From NCBI GenBank assembly GCA_036398095.1, contig DASWHR010000010.1, forward strand, positions 2,555 through 66,554: 64,000 nt of DNA, written 5' to 3'. Position numbers and translations under genes: made by a program. Origin of the DNA: Actinomycetota bacterium. Lineage in GTDB: Bacteria > Actinomycetota > AC-67. Of the stretch, positions 17,095-26,422 are shown one piece after another. The notes under the pieces were generated by a model, which was not told the DNA's origin, made no database searches, and saw only the letters and a list, made by a program, of their open reading frames with translations. Position 1 is the first letter of the stretch. Each line of letters begins with the position of its first letter.

Positions 17095-18423
17095 CTAGAC
17101 GAGCGCGGGCGCGGCCGCGTCGAGGAAATGCGGATGCGCGCCGGTGATCCGGGCCGTGAGGAACGTTCCGGGGGCGGCCGCGCCGCGGATGTGGGCGATC
17201 TTGTTCGTGCGCGTCCGGGTCGTCAGCACCGCCGGGTCCTTCTTGGACGGACCTTCCACGAGCACCTCGAAGTGCGCCCCGATCAGCGCGGCGTTCTTCG
17301 CAAGCGAGATGCGCTCTTGCGCTTCGACCAGACGGCCGAACCGTTCGGCGACGACGGCGGGCGGCACCTGCTCGTCATAGCCGGCGGCGTCGGTCCCGGG
17401 CCGCGTCGAATACTGGAACGTGTAGGCCGAGTCGAATTGGGCCTGCTCGACAACGCGCAACGTCTGGGCGAAGTCGTCGTCGGTTTCGCCGGGGAAGCCG
17501 ACGATGACGTCGGTCGAGACGGCGACGGCCGGGATCGCCTCGCGAATCGCATCCAGCCACGCGAGGTAGCGGCCGCTGCGGTAGGAGCGACGCATCCGGG
17601 AGAGCACCCGATCCGAGCCCGATTGCAACGGGAAATGGATGTGCTCGCACACGACCGACGACGATGCCATCGCATCGATCACGTCGGGCGTGAAGTCGTG
17701 AGGGTGCGGACTGGTGAACCGCACGCGTCGCAACCCTTCCACGTCGTCGAGCGCGCGGAGCAGCTCGGCGAACAGCGGCCGGCCGTCCAGGTCGCGGCCG
17801 TAGGTGTTGACGTTCTGGCCGAGCAAGGTCACTTCCAAGACTCCCTCGCCGGCAAGCGCCCGGACCTCATCGAGAATCTCGCCCATCCGGCGGCTGACCT
17901 GCTTGCCGCGCACGAGCGGCACGATGCAGAACGTGCAGGCGTTGTCGCAGCCGACGCTGACGCTGACCCAGGCATGGAACGGATGATCGCGCCGCGCGGG
18001 TAGCGCGCTCGGAAATACCTCGGTCTGCTCGCGGAATTCGAACGCGGTGGCGCCGGTCCGTTCGCGTTCGCGAAGCAACGCGGGAAGCTCGCCGACGGCG
18101 AACGTTCCGAACGCGACGTCCACCCACGGCGCCTTCTCGATCACCAAGCCTTTGTCCTTCTGAACCAGGCAGCCGCCGACCGCGATGCGAAGGTCGGGGT
18201 TCGCATCCTTGGCGGGCTTGAGCGCTCCGAGCGCACCGTAGAGCTTATTGTCGGCGTTTTCGCGGATGGCACAGGTGTTGAGCAGCACCAGGTCGGCGTC
18301 GGAGGCCGTGGCGGCGCGCTCGTAGCCTTCGGCCTCGAGCAACCCGGAGATGCGCTCCGAATCGTGCTCGTTCATCTGGCAGCCGAAGGTTCGGACGAAA
18401 TATCGCTTGGTCACGGCGATCAT
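17095..18423 (-). CDS. miaB: tRNA-i6A37 methylthiotransferase (radical SAM)
   Basis: FGCQMNEHDSE UPF0004 domain, CDNACTFC radical-SAM cysteines, TRAM domain. Confidence 0.9.
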   Translation of the reverse strand: MIAVTKRYFVRTFGCQMNEHDSERISGLLEAEGYERAATASDADLVLLNTCAIRENADNKLYGALGALKPAKDANPDLRIAVGGCLVQKDKGLVIEKAPWVDVAFGTFAVGELPALLRERERTGATAFEFREQTEVFPSALPARRDHPFHAWVSVSVGCDNACTFCIVPLVRGKQVSRRMGEILDEVRALAGEGVLEVTLLGQNVNTYGRDLDGRPLFAELLRALDDVEGLRRVRFTSPHPHDFTPDVIDAMASSSVVCEHIHFPLQSGSDRVLSRMRRSYRSGRYLAWLDAIREAIPAVAVSTDVIVGFPGETDDDFAQTLRVVEQAQFDSAYTFQYSTRPGTDAAGYDEQVPPAVVAERFGRLVEAQERISLAKNAALIGAHFEVLVEGPSKKDPAVLTTRTRTNKIAHIRGAAAPGTFLTARITGAHPHFLDAAAPALV

Positions 18424-18501
18424 GCTACCGCTCTCGACGGCGCGTCACTCGCGAAAGCGAAAGGGCCGGGAGACAATCCCGGCCCTTTCCCCCTTCGCGT
18501 T

Positions 18502-21500
18502 CTAGGCGTCGCTTCGTCCGCTCTTGCGCCGCCCGAGGAGCACCAGGGCCGCTCCGCCTGCCAGGAACATCAGACCGTAGAGCCAGCCGGCCGGGCCGGT
18601 ACCGGTCGGAACCAGGCGCACGCCCGCGACCACGGTCACCGTCGCCGGGTCGGTGTCGCTGACCCGCAGGCCGAGCACGTCCTCGCCCGAGGCGGTCCCG
18701 ATGTTGGTGATCGCCGTCGTCCCCAGCACCGCGCTGCGCGTCAGGGTCGCCTTCGCCCCGGCGGCCAGCGATGCGACGGTGCCGATCGTTCCGAGCTTGT
18801 CGTCGGTAACGAGGACATCGAACAGCGTCGTGTCACCGGTGTTGGTGACGACGTAGCTGTAGATGACCGGCGTCCCGAACGTGCCCGACACGGGCGAGAC
18901 GGTCTTGTTCAGGTCGATGTCGGGAGCGATCAGATCCACGACGTGGTCGTCATCGTCGGTCACGGTGACGCTATTGCCTACGCCGGTCGCGGTTGCCGTG
19001 TTCGGCAGCGGATCCGGGTCGGTGGCGGTGATGATATGGTCGCAGGTGTAGATCCACGTCTCACCCACCTCGAGCAGCCCGTCGCCGTCGTCGCCGAGCC
19101 GGAACGCCGGCGCGGCATCGCAGTTCGGGTCGGTCACCGCCACCTGCGCGAGCGGCGTGAGCGTCGTCGTCGTCACGGCCATCGTGTAGGAAGCCGTGTC
19201 GCCGCGATGCGCGAGATCCGGTCCCTCTTTGACGATGTTGATTCCGACGGGGCAATCCACCACGATCGTCGCGTTGGCTTGCGCCGAGCCGTCGTTGCTC
19301 GTCGTGACCGCGGCGACGTTGACGATCGCACCGCATGTGAGCCCCGTGGTCGGCGACGAGATGTGCACGGTCGCAACGGCCGCCGGGGCCATCGTGCCGA
19401 GACTGCACGTAAGCGTGCCGCTCGTGATCGAGCAGGATGCCGCCGCGGTGCCGCCGTCGATCGTCCACGACAAGCCGGGGTTGCCCGGCAGCGTGTCGGT
19501 CACGGTGACGCCCCGCGCCTCGCCGGCCCCATCGTTGCGGACGGTGATCGTGAACCCGATCGCCTCACCGGCCGTCACGGCTGCGTCGTCGGCGGTTTTG
19601 ACGATCTGGATCGAGGCGCAGTCAACCTGCGTCGCGTCACTGTCGGTGACGTCGGCGTGGTTGGAGGCCGACGCCGTGGCGGTGTTGTCGTAGGTTCCGC
19701 ACGACGCCCCGGTCGTGGCCGATGCAACGTGGACCGTCGCACTCGTCGCCGGGCCCATGTCCCCGAGGTCGCATTCGAGCGAGCCGCCGGTGATGGTGCA
19801 CGAACCGGCCGCGGTGCCACCGTCGATGCTCCAAGCGATTCCGGGACCGGACGGCAGCGGATCGGAGACGACCACGTCGCGCGCCGACCCGGGTCCGTCG
19901 TTGAAGACGGTGATCGTGAAGCCGATCGGGTCGCCCGCGGTCACGGACGCGTCGTCGGCCGTCTTGACCAGTCGCAGCGACGGGCAGCGAACCTGAATCG
20001 AAGCGCTCGCCTCGTCGCTGCCGTCGTTGGTCGTGGTCACGCTCGCCGTGTTCTGGAGCGTTCCGCACGACGCGAACGTCGTCGGGCTGGACACGTGAAC
20101 GGTCGCCGTTGCGCCGGCCGACATAGTGCCGAGCGCGCAGGCCAGGGTGCCGCCTGCGATGGCGCACGAACCGGCCGCGGTTCCGCCGTCGATCGTCCAG
20201 GTCAGTCCGGCCGCGGCGGGAAGCGGGTCGCTCACGGTGACGTCGTATGCCGCGCCGCTGCCGTCGTTGTGGACGGTCACGGTGAATCCGACGGGATCTC
20301 CGGCGCTGACGATTCCGGAGTCGGCCGACTTCTCGATCGAGATGTCGGCGCAGCGGACCTGAATCGTGGCGGCGTCGGTCGCCGTTCCGTCGTTGCTCGC
20401 CGTCACGGTGGCCGAGTTGTCGATCGTGCCGCATGATGCGGCGGTCGTGGCGCTCGAGATGTGCACGCTTCGTACGGCCCCGAACGGCATCGTCCCGAAG
20501 GAGCACGACAGAACGCCGCCGGCGATCGAGCATGCCGCCGCGCCGCTGCCGCCGTCGATGTGCCAGGACAGGCCGGCCGCGGACGGAAGCGTGTCGGTCA
20601 CGGTCACGTTGTACGCGTCGCCGTCACCCGTGTTCGAGATCACCAGCAGGAAGCCGATCTGATCCCCGGCGTTGACGACCGCGGCGTCCTCGACCTTGAG
20701 GATGTTCACCGTTGCGCACCGAACCTCGAGCGAGGCGCGGTCGTGGTGATCGCCGGCGTTGCTGGAATGGACGCTTGCGACGTTGTCATAGGTCCCGCAA
20801 TCGTCCGCGTCTGAGGCAGCCTGGACGTGCACTGTGAACGACGTGCCGGCCGCCATCGTGCCGATCGTGCAGGTCAGGGTGCCGCCGGCGATCGAGCATC
20901 CGGCCTTCGCCGGCGAGATCACCCAGGCGAAGTCGCCCGGCAGCGGGTCGGTCATGACCACGTCGAATGCCGAGCCGGGGCCGTCGTTGTGCACGGCGAT
21001 GGAGAAGCCGACCGTGTCGGCGGCGGAAACCGACGAGTCGTCGGCGGTCTTGACGATGCGCAGGTCGGGGCAGTCCACGCGGACCGAGGCCTGCGACGAG
21101 TCCGTGCCGTCATTGGTCGTCGTCACCGATCCGGTGTTGTTCACCACGCCGCACGAGGACGGCGTCGTCGGGCTGATCAGGTGAACAGTCCGAACCGCTC
21201 CGGCGCTCATCGTGCCGATCGCGCACGTGAGCGTGCCGCCGGCGATGACACACGATCCGGCCGCGGATCCTGCGTCGACCGTCCAGAGGAGTCCGGCGGC
21301 GGCCGGCAGCACGTCGGTGACGACGACGCCGAAGGCGGAGCCGGATCCATGGTTGGTGATAGTCAGCGTGAAGCCGATCGGCTGTCCGGCACTGACGGCC
21401 GGCGCGTCCGGCGTCTTGTCGATGTCGATGTCGGCGCAGTTGACGACGATGGCGACGGGTCCGGCGCTGTTGTTGACCAGCGCCGACGACGGTTCGTTGC

Positions 21501-23469
21501 TCGCCCCCACGGTCGCCTCATTGTCGTGCAGGCCGCAGTCGTCGAAGTCGGTCGGGCTTTGGACGTGGATCGTGATGCTCGCGCCGGGCGCCAGCGTCGC
21601 GAACGAACACGTGAGCACGCCGCTCGCGATGCCGCAGCCCGGAACGGCCGGGTTGATCGTCCACGAGAACCCGGCGGGAAGCACATCGTGAACCGTCACG
21701 TTCTTGGCCGTTCCGGCACCGATGTTGGAGACCGTGATGTCGTAAGAGACGGTCTCCCCCGCGCTGACCTCAGGCGTCGTCGTGGACTTGAGCACCCGAA
21801 CGTCCGGGCACCGAACCGTGATATCGGCCGAGTCCGACCCCGATCCGTCGTTGGTCGAGGTGAATCCCGCCGTGTTCGGCAACGTCCCGCACGAATCCGC
21901 GGTCGTCGGCGACACGACGTGCACACGCAGCGTCGCGCCGGCAGCCAGACTCGCCTGCGTACAGGTGAGCGTCGATCCGGCAATCCCGCACGTCGCGCCG
22001 GCCGAGGAGGACTCGATCGTCCATGCCATGCCGGAACGCTGCGGCAGCGAGTCGGAGATCACGACGCCCTTCGCCGCCCCGGCGCCGGTGTTGGTCACCT
22101 CGATGGTGAAGCCCACCTGACTTCCGGCGTCGACAACGGTCGCGTCGGCCGTCTTGACGATATCCAGCTCGGGACACCGCACCGTGAAGGTGACCTGGTT
22201 CGATTCGTTATCGTTTCGATCGGCGATCGCTTCGACGGCTGCGTCGATACGGGCCCGGTTGGTGCGCACGCCGCACGATGCCGGCGTGGTCGTCGCGGTG
22301 ATCGTCACGACGACGGTGTCCGGCTCGGCGCCGGTCGTGTTGCCGTCGCTCGCGGCCAAGGTTCCGACCGCGCAGGTGACGACGTTCCCGGCGCCGACGC
22401 TGCACGTTCCGGTCCCGCCCGCCGTGTTCGGGTCGACATCGAATGTCGCCGACACGCCGGTGAGCGAGTCGAGCAAGTCGTCGGTGATGACAACACCGGT
22501 GGCTTGCGCGATGCCGTCGTTGGTTCCGACGAGCGAGAAGGAGATCTGATCGCCCGCGTCGACGGTCTGCGTCGGCGGGGATTTGGTGATATGCACGTCG
22601 GGGCAGCGTGCCAGCGTCAGCGGCACCGGCTCGCCGACATCTTTGAGTTGCGAATTGAAGGACTCACCCGATGCACGCGTCTTCACCGAGAACTGCGCGA
22701 AGCCGGGACACCCCGGGAACTGTGAGCCGAAGATGGCACCCAGGCTGAGGGCCGCTTCCCCGAAACGCAGCGTATCGACGGTTCCGCCACCGAAGGGGGC
22801 GGCCGAGGGCCGCAGGACCGAAACACCGTTGACGTCGGCGCGCGCCGACCCCGCCGGCAGCGTCGCAAGGTTCCAGCTTCCCGACAGCGCGGTGCCGCTC
22901 CACGTGCGCACCTCGACGGTCGCTTCCTTGCCGCCCCCGTCGAAGTCGTAGACGACCAGAAGGTCACCGGCCGTTCGTTCCGGGATGACTGCGCCCTTGG
23001 AGTTGGTGACGGTCGTTACCTTCTGGTTGAACTCGAAGTTCGCGTGTGCGTCTCCCACGCCTTCGACCTCGAGCCGTTCGAAGCCGATGAACAGGTAGGC
23101 GTCGGTCGCCGTCACCGAGGTCGCGCCGTAGAAGCGAGTGAGATCGTCCTTCCCCGGAGGCTTGGGGCCATCGGTGAACGTCCATGTGTCGGGCGTTTCC
23201 TCTTTGGCGCCGCCGCCGAACACATCGTCGGTTGCCGAGTTGAAGGCGTCGTCCCCGCGCGAAACGGTTCCGGCGATGGTTGCCCAGTCCTTCGTCGCGC
23301 CGGTGATGGCCGGCACGAACGGGAACGCAAAATCACCGTCGATCTCGAATCCGCCGACGTGGCCGGCGGTTGCCGTGTGGCTCGCGAAGGACGAATTGGA
23401 ATTCAACGATGGAAGGACTCCAACCAGCAGCAGCGAAACAACGAATGCACGATAGACGCGCGTGCGCAT
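18502..23469 (-). CDS. Giant (1655 aa) cell-surface protein with about 11 tandem DUF11 repeats and a C-terminal LPXTG-like sorting signal
   Basis: Start at M41 (GGGAGAGAGG RBS; signal peptide MRTRVYRAFVVSLLLVGVLPSLNSNSSFA); repeats of about 115 aa beginning VRCPDV..KT.D...G..V.Y.I.V.N.G.G.A..V.V.D.LP.G; C-terminus LVPTGTGPAGWLYGLMFLAGGAALVLLGRRKSGRSDA. Confidence 0.8.
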   Translation of the reverse strand: MRTRVYRAFVVSLLLVGVLPSLNSNSSFASHTATAGHVGGFEIDGDFAFPFVPAITGATKDWATIAGTVSRGDDAFNSATDDVFGGGAKEETPDTWTFTDGPKPPGKDDLTRFYGATSVTATDAYLFIGFERLEVEGVGDAHANFEFNQKVTTVTNSKGAVIPERTAGDLLVVYDFDGGGKEATVEVRTWSGTALSGSWNLATLPAGSARADVNGVSVLRPSAAPFGGGTVDTLRFGEAALSLGAIFGSQFPGCPGFAQFSVKTRASGESFNSQLKDVGEPVPLTLARCPDVHITKSPPTQTVDAGDQISFSLVGTNDGIAQATGVVITDDLLDSLTGVSATFDVDPNTAGGTGTCSVGAGNVVTCAVGTLAASDGNTTGAEPDTVVVTITATTTPASCGVRTNRARIDAAVEAIADRNDNESNQVTFTVRCPELDIVKTADATVVDAGSQVGFTIEVTNTGAGAAKGVVISDSLPQRSGMAWTIESSSAGATCGIAGSTLTCTQASLAAGATLRVHVVSPTTADSCGTLPNTAGFTSTNDGSGSDSADITVRCPDVRVLKSTTTPEVSAGETVSYDITVSNIGAGTAKNVTVHDVLPAGFSWTINPAVPGCGIASGVLTCSFATLAPGASITIHVQSPTDFDDCGLHDNEATVGASNEPSSALVNNSAGPVAIVVNCADIDIDKTPDAPAVSAGQPIGFTLTITNHGSGSAFGVVVTDVLPAAAGLLWTVDAGSAAGSCVIAGGTLTCAIGTMSAGAVRTVHLISPTTPSSCGVVNNTGSVTTTNDGTDSSQASVRVDCPDLRIVKTADDSSVSAADTVGFSIAVHNDGPGSAFDVVMTDPLPGDFAWVISPAKAGCSIAGGTLTCTIGTMAAGTSFTVHVQAASDADDCGTYDNVASVHSSNAGDHHDRASLEVRCATVNILKVEDAAVVNAGDQIGFLLVISNTGDGDAYNVTVTDTLPSAAGLSWHIDGGSGAAACSIAGGVLSCSFGTMPFGAVRSVHISSATTAASCGTIDNSATVTASNDGTATDAATIQVRCADISIEKSADSGIVSAGDPVGFTVTVHNDGSGAAYDVTVSDPLPAAAGLTWTIDGGTAAGSCAIAGGTLACALGTMSAGATATVHVSSPTTFASCGTLQNTASVTTTNDGSDEASASIQVRCPSLRLVKTADDASVTAGDPIGFTITVFNDGPGSARDVVVSDPLPSGPGIAWSIDGGTAAGSCTITGGSLECDLGDMGPATSATVHVASATTGASCGTYDNTATASASNHADVTDSDATQVDCASIQIVKTADDAAVTAGEAIGFTITVRNDGAGEARGVTVTDTLPGNPGLSWTIDGGTAAASCSITSGTLTCSLGTMAPAAVATVHISSPTTGLTCGAIVNVAAVTTSNDGSAQANATIVVDCPVGINIVKEGPDLAHRGDTASYTMAVTTTTLTPLAQVAVTDPNCDAAPAFRLGDDGDGLLEVGETWIYTCDHIITATDPDPLPNTATATGVGNSVTVTDDDDHVVDLIAPDIDLNKTVSPVSGTFGTPVIYSYVVTNTGDTTLFDVLVTDDKLGTIGTVASLAAGAKATLTRSAVLGTTAITNIGTASGEDVLGLRVSDTDPATVTVVAGVRLVPTGTGPAGWLYGLMFLAGGAALVLLGRRKSGRSDA
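18650..22700 (-). repeat. Coding tandem DUF11 domain repeats (about 345-bp period)
   Basis: Repeated protein blocks; the many long antisense ORFs here are shadows of this gene. Confidence 0.6.
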
Positions 23470-23621
23470 TGCACTCACCCTCTCTCCCACGAGCCTCATC
23501 CGCGTCGTCGCGGACGTTCTCGTTCCCGCTGTCATGGTCACGCGGAAATGGCCCCGACGGAATAGAGAGTTAGGCCCAAAGTCCTCCACGCATTGGGACT
23601 ACGGAGACTCGAAATAGGCGA

Positions 23622-23646
23622 AGAGTCCCGCACGGAGCGGGACTCT
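23622..23646 (-). terminator. 10-bp perfect hairpin (agagtcccgc acgga gcgggactct) downstream of hmgA
   Basis: Seen in sequence; weak U-tract on either strand. Confidence 0.35.
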
Positions 23647-23674
23647 CGTTTCCTATGCGGCGAAGCCGGTGCGG

Positions 23675-24784
23675 CTACTCGAAACCGTAGCCTTTCGCCC
23701 ACGACGTCTCGTAGCCGTCGATCGCCGCCGCGAGCGCGGCGTCGTCGAGCGTCAGCGGTTTGACCGCTTCGACCATCACGGCAACTTCGTCGGCGAACTC
23801 CTTCGTCTTCGCCGCCTCAAGCGCCGGAGCTTGCGGGCCGTGATGAAGTCCCTGAGGGTGGATGGTCATCATTCCCGGAGTAATCCCGGCCCGCGAAAAG
23901 AACTGCCCCTCGTGGTAGAAGATCACTTCGTCGTTGTCGATGTTCGAGTGGAAGAATGGGACCCGCAGCGCGTCCGGGTCGCCCGTTTCGGTCGGCCGCG
24001 GCGCGAACGTGCATACCGCGAAACCGTCGTTCGCCCAGGTGCAGTGAACGCTCGGCGGCAGGTGATAGCGGGGCGAGACGACCGGCCGGAAGTCCTTGAC
24101 GTTGAGCCGCATCGGACACAGGTCGCCTTGCCACCCGACGACGTCGAGCGGGTGGTAGGGATAGGTCAACGAGGTGTACGCGTTGTCGCGCTTGACACGC
24201 ACCTCGAAGCGGCCCGGTTCGTCGTGCGGGTCGGGTTCGGGCGTCGCGATCACGCCGGGATCGAATTGCGCGTGACGGCCAAGCATCCCCCGGTCGGGGA
24301 TGTGGAACTCCCCGGCGCCTTCGATGACGAGCAAGAACAGCTCTTCGTCGGGCACGAAGCGATGCGTCGTCCCCTTCGGGACGATCAAGTAGTCGCCGGA
24401 CTCGAACGTCAGCGGTCCGTAGTCGGTTTCCATCGTGCCCCGGCCGCGGTGCACGAAATAGCACACGTCCCCATCGGCGTCCCGCAAGAAGTACGGCATC
24501 GGATCGCTGCGACGCGACACGTACAGGGCGCAGTCGTCGCTGAACGCGATCCGCTGCCACATCCCGGCCGCATCGGTCATGTCCTGCGGCTTCAGAGCCG
24601 CGACGTCGATGGCTCGCGGCCGAAGCGGCCCGTCGATTGCGACCCACGCGGTCGGCGGGTGCGTGCGATACAGGTGACTCGCACGGCCTTCGAACGCCTC
24701 GCGGCCGTGTTCTTCTTCGTAGGTGCCCTCGGGAAGCCCGACGTGCGCCTGCTTGGTGATGCGTCCCTTCGACAGCGGAAACAT
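23675..24784 (-). CDS. hmgA: Homogentisate 1,2-dioxygenase
   Basis: Full-length match to the HmgA family (…FESGDYLIVPKGTTHRF…HPQGLHHGP…). Confidence 0.9.
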   Translation of the reverse strand: MFPLSKGRITKQAHVGLPEGTYEEEHGREAFEGRASHLYRTHPPTAWVAIDGPLRPRAIDVAALKPQDMTDAAGMWQRIAFSDDCALYVSRRSDPMPYFLRDADGDVCYFVHRGRGTMETDYGPLTFESGDYLIVPKGTTHRFVPDEELFLLVIEGAGEFHIPDRGMLGRHAQFDPGVIATPEPDPHDEPGRFEVRVKRDNAYTSLTYPYHPLDVVGWQGDLCPMRLNVKDFRPVVSPRYHLPPSVHCTWANDGFAVCTFAPRPTETGDPDALRVPFFHSNIDNDEVIFYHEGQFFSRAGITPGMMTIHPQGLHHGPQAPALEAAKTKEFADEVAVMVEAVKPLTLDDAALAAAIDGYETSWAKGYGFE

Positions 24785-24801
24785 TCGCCCTCCCTAGAGC
24801 C

Positions 24802-25893
24802 CTAGAGCGTCCCGCGCAGCTCTTGCTCGCGCTCGATCGCCTCGAACAGGGCCTTGAAGTTGCCGAGGCCGAAGCCGCGGGATCCGTGCCGCTCGATCAC
24901 TTCGAAGAACACCGTCGGGCGGTCCATCACCGGCTTGGTAAATATCTGGAGCAGGTAGCCGTCCTCGTCGCGGTCGGCCAGGATCGACAATCGCTTCAAC
25001 GCTTCGATATCGACTTTGGTCAGGTCGGCGAAGCGGTGCGCGACCTCTTCGTAGTAGGCGTCGGGCACACGTAGGAATTCGATGCCCCGATCCCGCAGGT
25101 CCGAGACCGTGGCGACGATGTCGTTGGTGAGCAGCGCCACGTGCTGAACGCCGGCGCTGCCGTAGAAGTCGAGGTACTCGTCGATCTGCGAGCGCTTCTT
25201 CCCTTCGGCCGGCTCGTTGATAGGGAACTTGACCCGGCCCGAGCCGTCCCACATCACCTTCGACATCAGGGCCGTGTATTCGGTCGAGATCTGATCGTCG
25301 CGGAAGTGGACGAGGTTCTGGAAGCCCATCACGCGCGCGTAGTAGTCGGCCCACACGTTCATCTTCCCCATTTCGACGTTGCCGACGACGTGGTCGATGA
25401 TCTTGAGCCCGCCCTCGGCACGCGGGTCGTCGACGGCGGAAAACCCGGGCAGAAACGGCCCCCCGTACTCCTCGCGTTGGATCAGCGAATGGACGGTCTC
25501 GCCGTACGTGCCGATCGCGGCCCGGACGACCTTGCCGTGCTCGTCCTCTGAGATCTGCGGCGAGTGCACGTCGATCGCTCCCCGTTCGAGGGCAACCCGG
25601 TATGCCTCCTCGGCGTCGGGAACGCGAAGCGCGATGTCGCGAACGCCGTCTCCGTGACGCGCGACGTGCGCGGCAACCGGCGACGAGGGGCCCAGTGAGC
25701 CGGTGATCGCGAAACGAATCTTTCCCTGCTGCAGCACCCGCGTCGTCCGATCGCGAACCCCGGTCTCCAATCCCGCGAATGCCACCTCGCGGAAACCGAG
25801 CGCTCGCGTGTAATAGTAGGCGGCCTGCTTGGCGTTTCCGGTCCAGAATTCGATGTGATCGATTCCGAGTACGGGAAATGCGTCATCGGTCAT
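24802..25893 (-). CDS. hppD: 4-hydroxyphenylpyruvate dioxygenase
   Basis: Tandem VOC domains, GIDHIEFWTGNAKQAAYYY...HVALLTNDI; forms a tyrosine-catabolism pair with hmgA. Confidence 0.9.
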   Translation of the reverse strand: MTDDAFPVLGIDHIEFWTGNAKQAAYYYTRALGFREVAFAGLETGVRDRTTRVLQQGKIRFAITGSLGPSSPVAAHVARHGDGVRDIALRVPDAEEAYRVALERGAIDVHSPQISEDEHGKVVRAAIGTYGETVHSLIQREEYGGPFLPGFSAVDDPRAEGGLKIIDHVVGNVEMGKMNVWADYYARVMGFQNLVHFRDDQISTEYTALMSKVMWDGSGRVKFPINEPAEGKKRSQIDEYLDFYGSAGVQHVALLTNDIVATVSDLRDRGIEFLRVPDAYYEEVAHRFADLTKVDIEALKRLSILADRDEDGYLLQIFTKPVMDRPTVFFEVIERHGSRGFGLGNFKALFEAIEREQELRGTL

Positions 25894-25978
25894 GACGAGT
25901 CACCTCCATGATCGATCGAAGCGTATCACCGGCCGGCAGCCACACCCGGGCGAACTCGGGCCGTCGGGGCTGATGCGG

Positions 25979-26299
25979 TCAGACCTGCGGAGCGGCAACC
26001 GCTGCCGCAGCGTCCTTCGCGGGCATCGCGTCCGTGCGATTCCGGTCCAGCACCGAAAGGCAGATGGCCGTGCGTCCTTCGCCACCGATCTCGATGTCTT
26101 TGAACGCGGGAATGCACACCGGGTCGATACCATCTTCGGACACGAACGAGCGGGCGATGGCGATCGCCTTGACGGCTTGGTTGAGCGCTCCGGCGCCGAT
26201 CACTTGCACATCCACGTAGCCGCGCTCGCGCAGGATCCCTGCGATCGCCCCGGCCACGGAATTCGGACTCGACTTGGCCGAGACCTTGAGAAGTTCCAC
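25979..26299 (-). CDS. spoVS: SpoVS-family protein
   Basis: MELLKVSAKSSPNSVAGAIAGILRERGYVDVQVIGAGALNQAVKAIAIARSFV... typical SpoVS; sits next to rny. Confidence 0.85.
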   Translation of the reverse strand: MELLKVSAKSSPNSVAGAIAGILRERGYVDVQVIGAGALNQAVKAIAIARSFVSEDGIDPVCIPAFKDIEIGGEGRTAICLSVLDRNRTDAMPAKDAAAAVAAPQV

Positions 26300-26422
26300 G
26301 GGTTGGGCCCCTCTACTCCGACGTCCTGGTTTTTGTCCGACGTCCCGACCTCAGTCTCCAATGGTTGCGTCGGATTGTCCACCGTTGTCCGAATCTTTTT
26401 TTTGCTGCCGGGGGGCGGCCGG

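Noticed and set aside
18364-22725. Long plus-strand ORFs 18364..20436 and 20827..22725 (690 and 632 aa), plus many R/G-rich minus-frame ORFs
   Set aside because: They are antisense or out-of-frame shadows of the DUF11 surface protein gene, with arginine/glycine-dominated low-complexity translations and no domain features.
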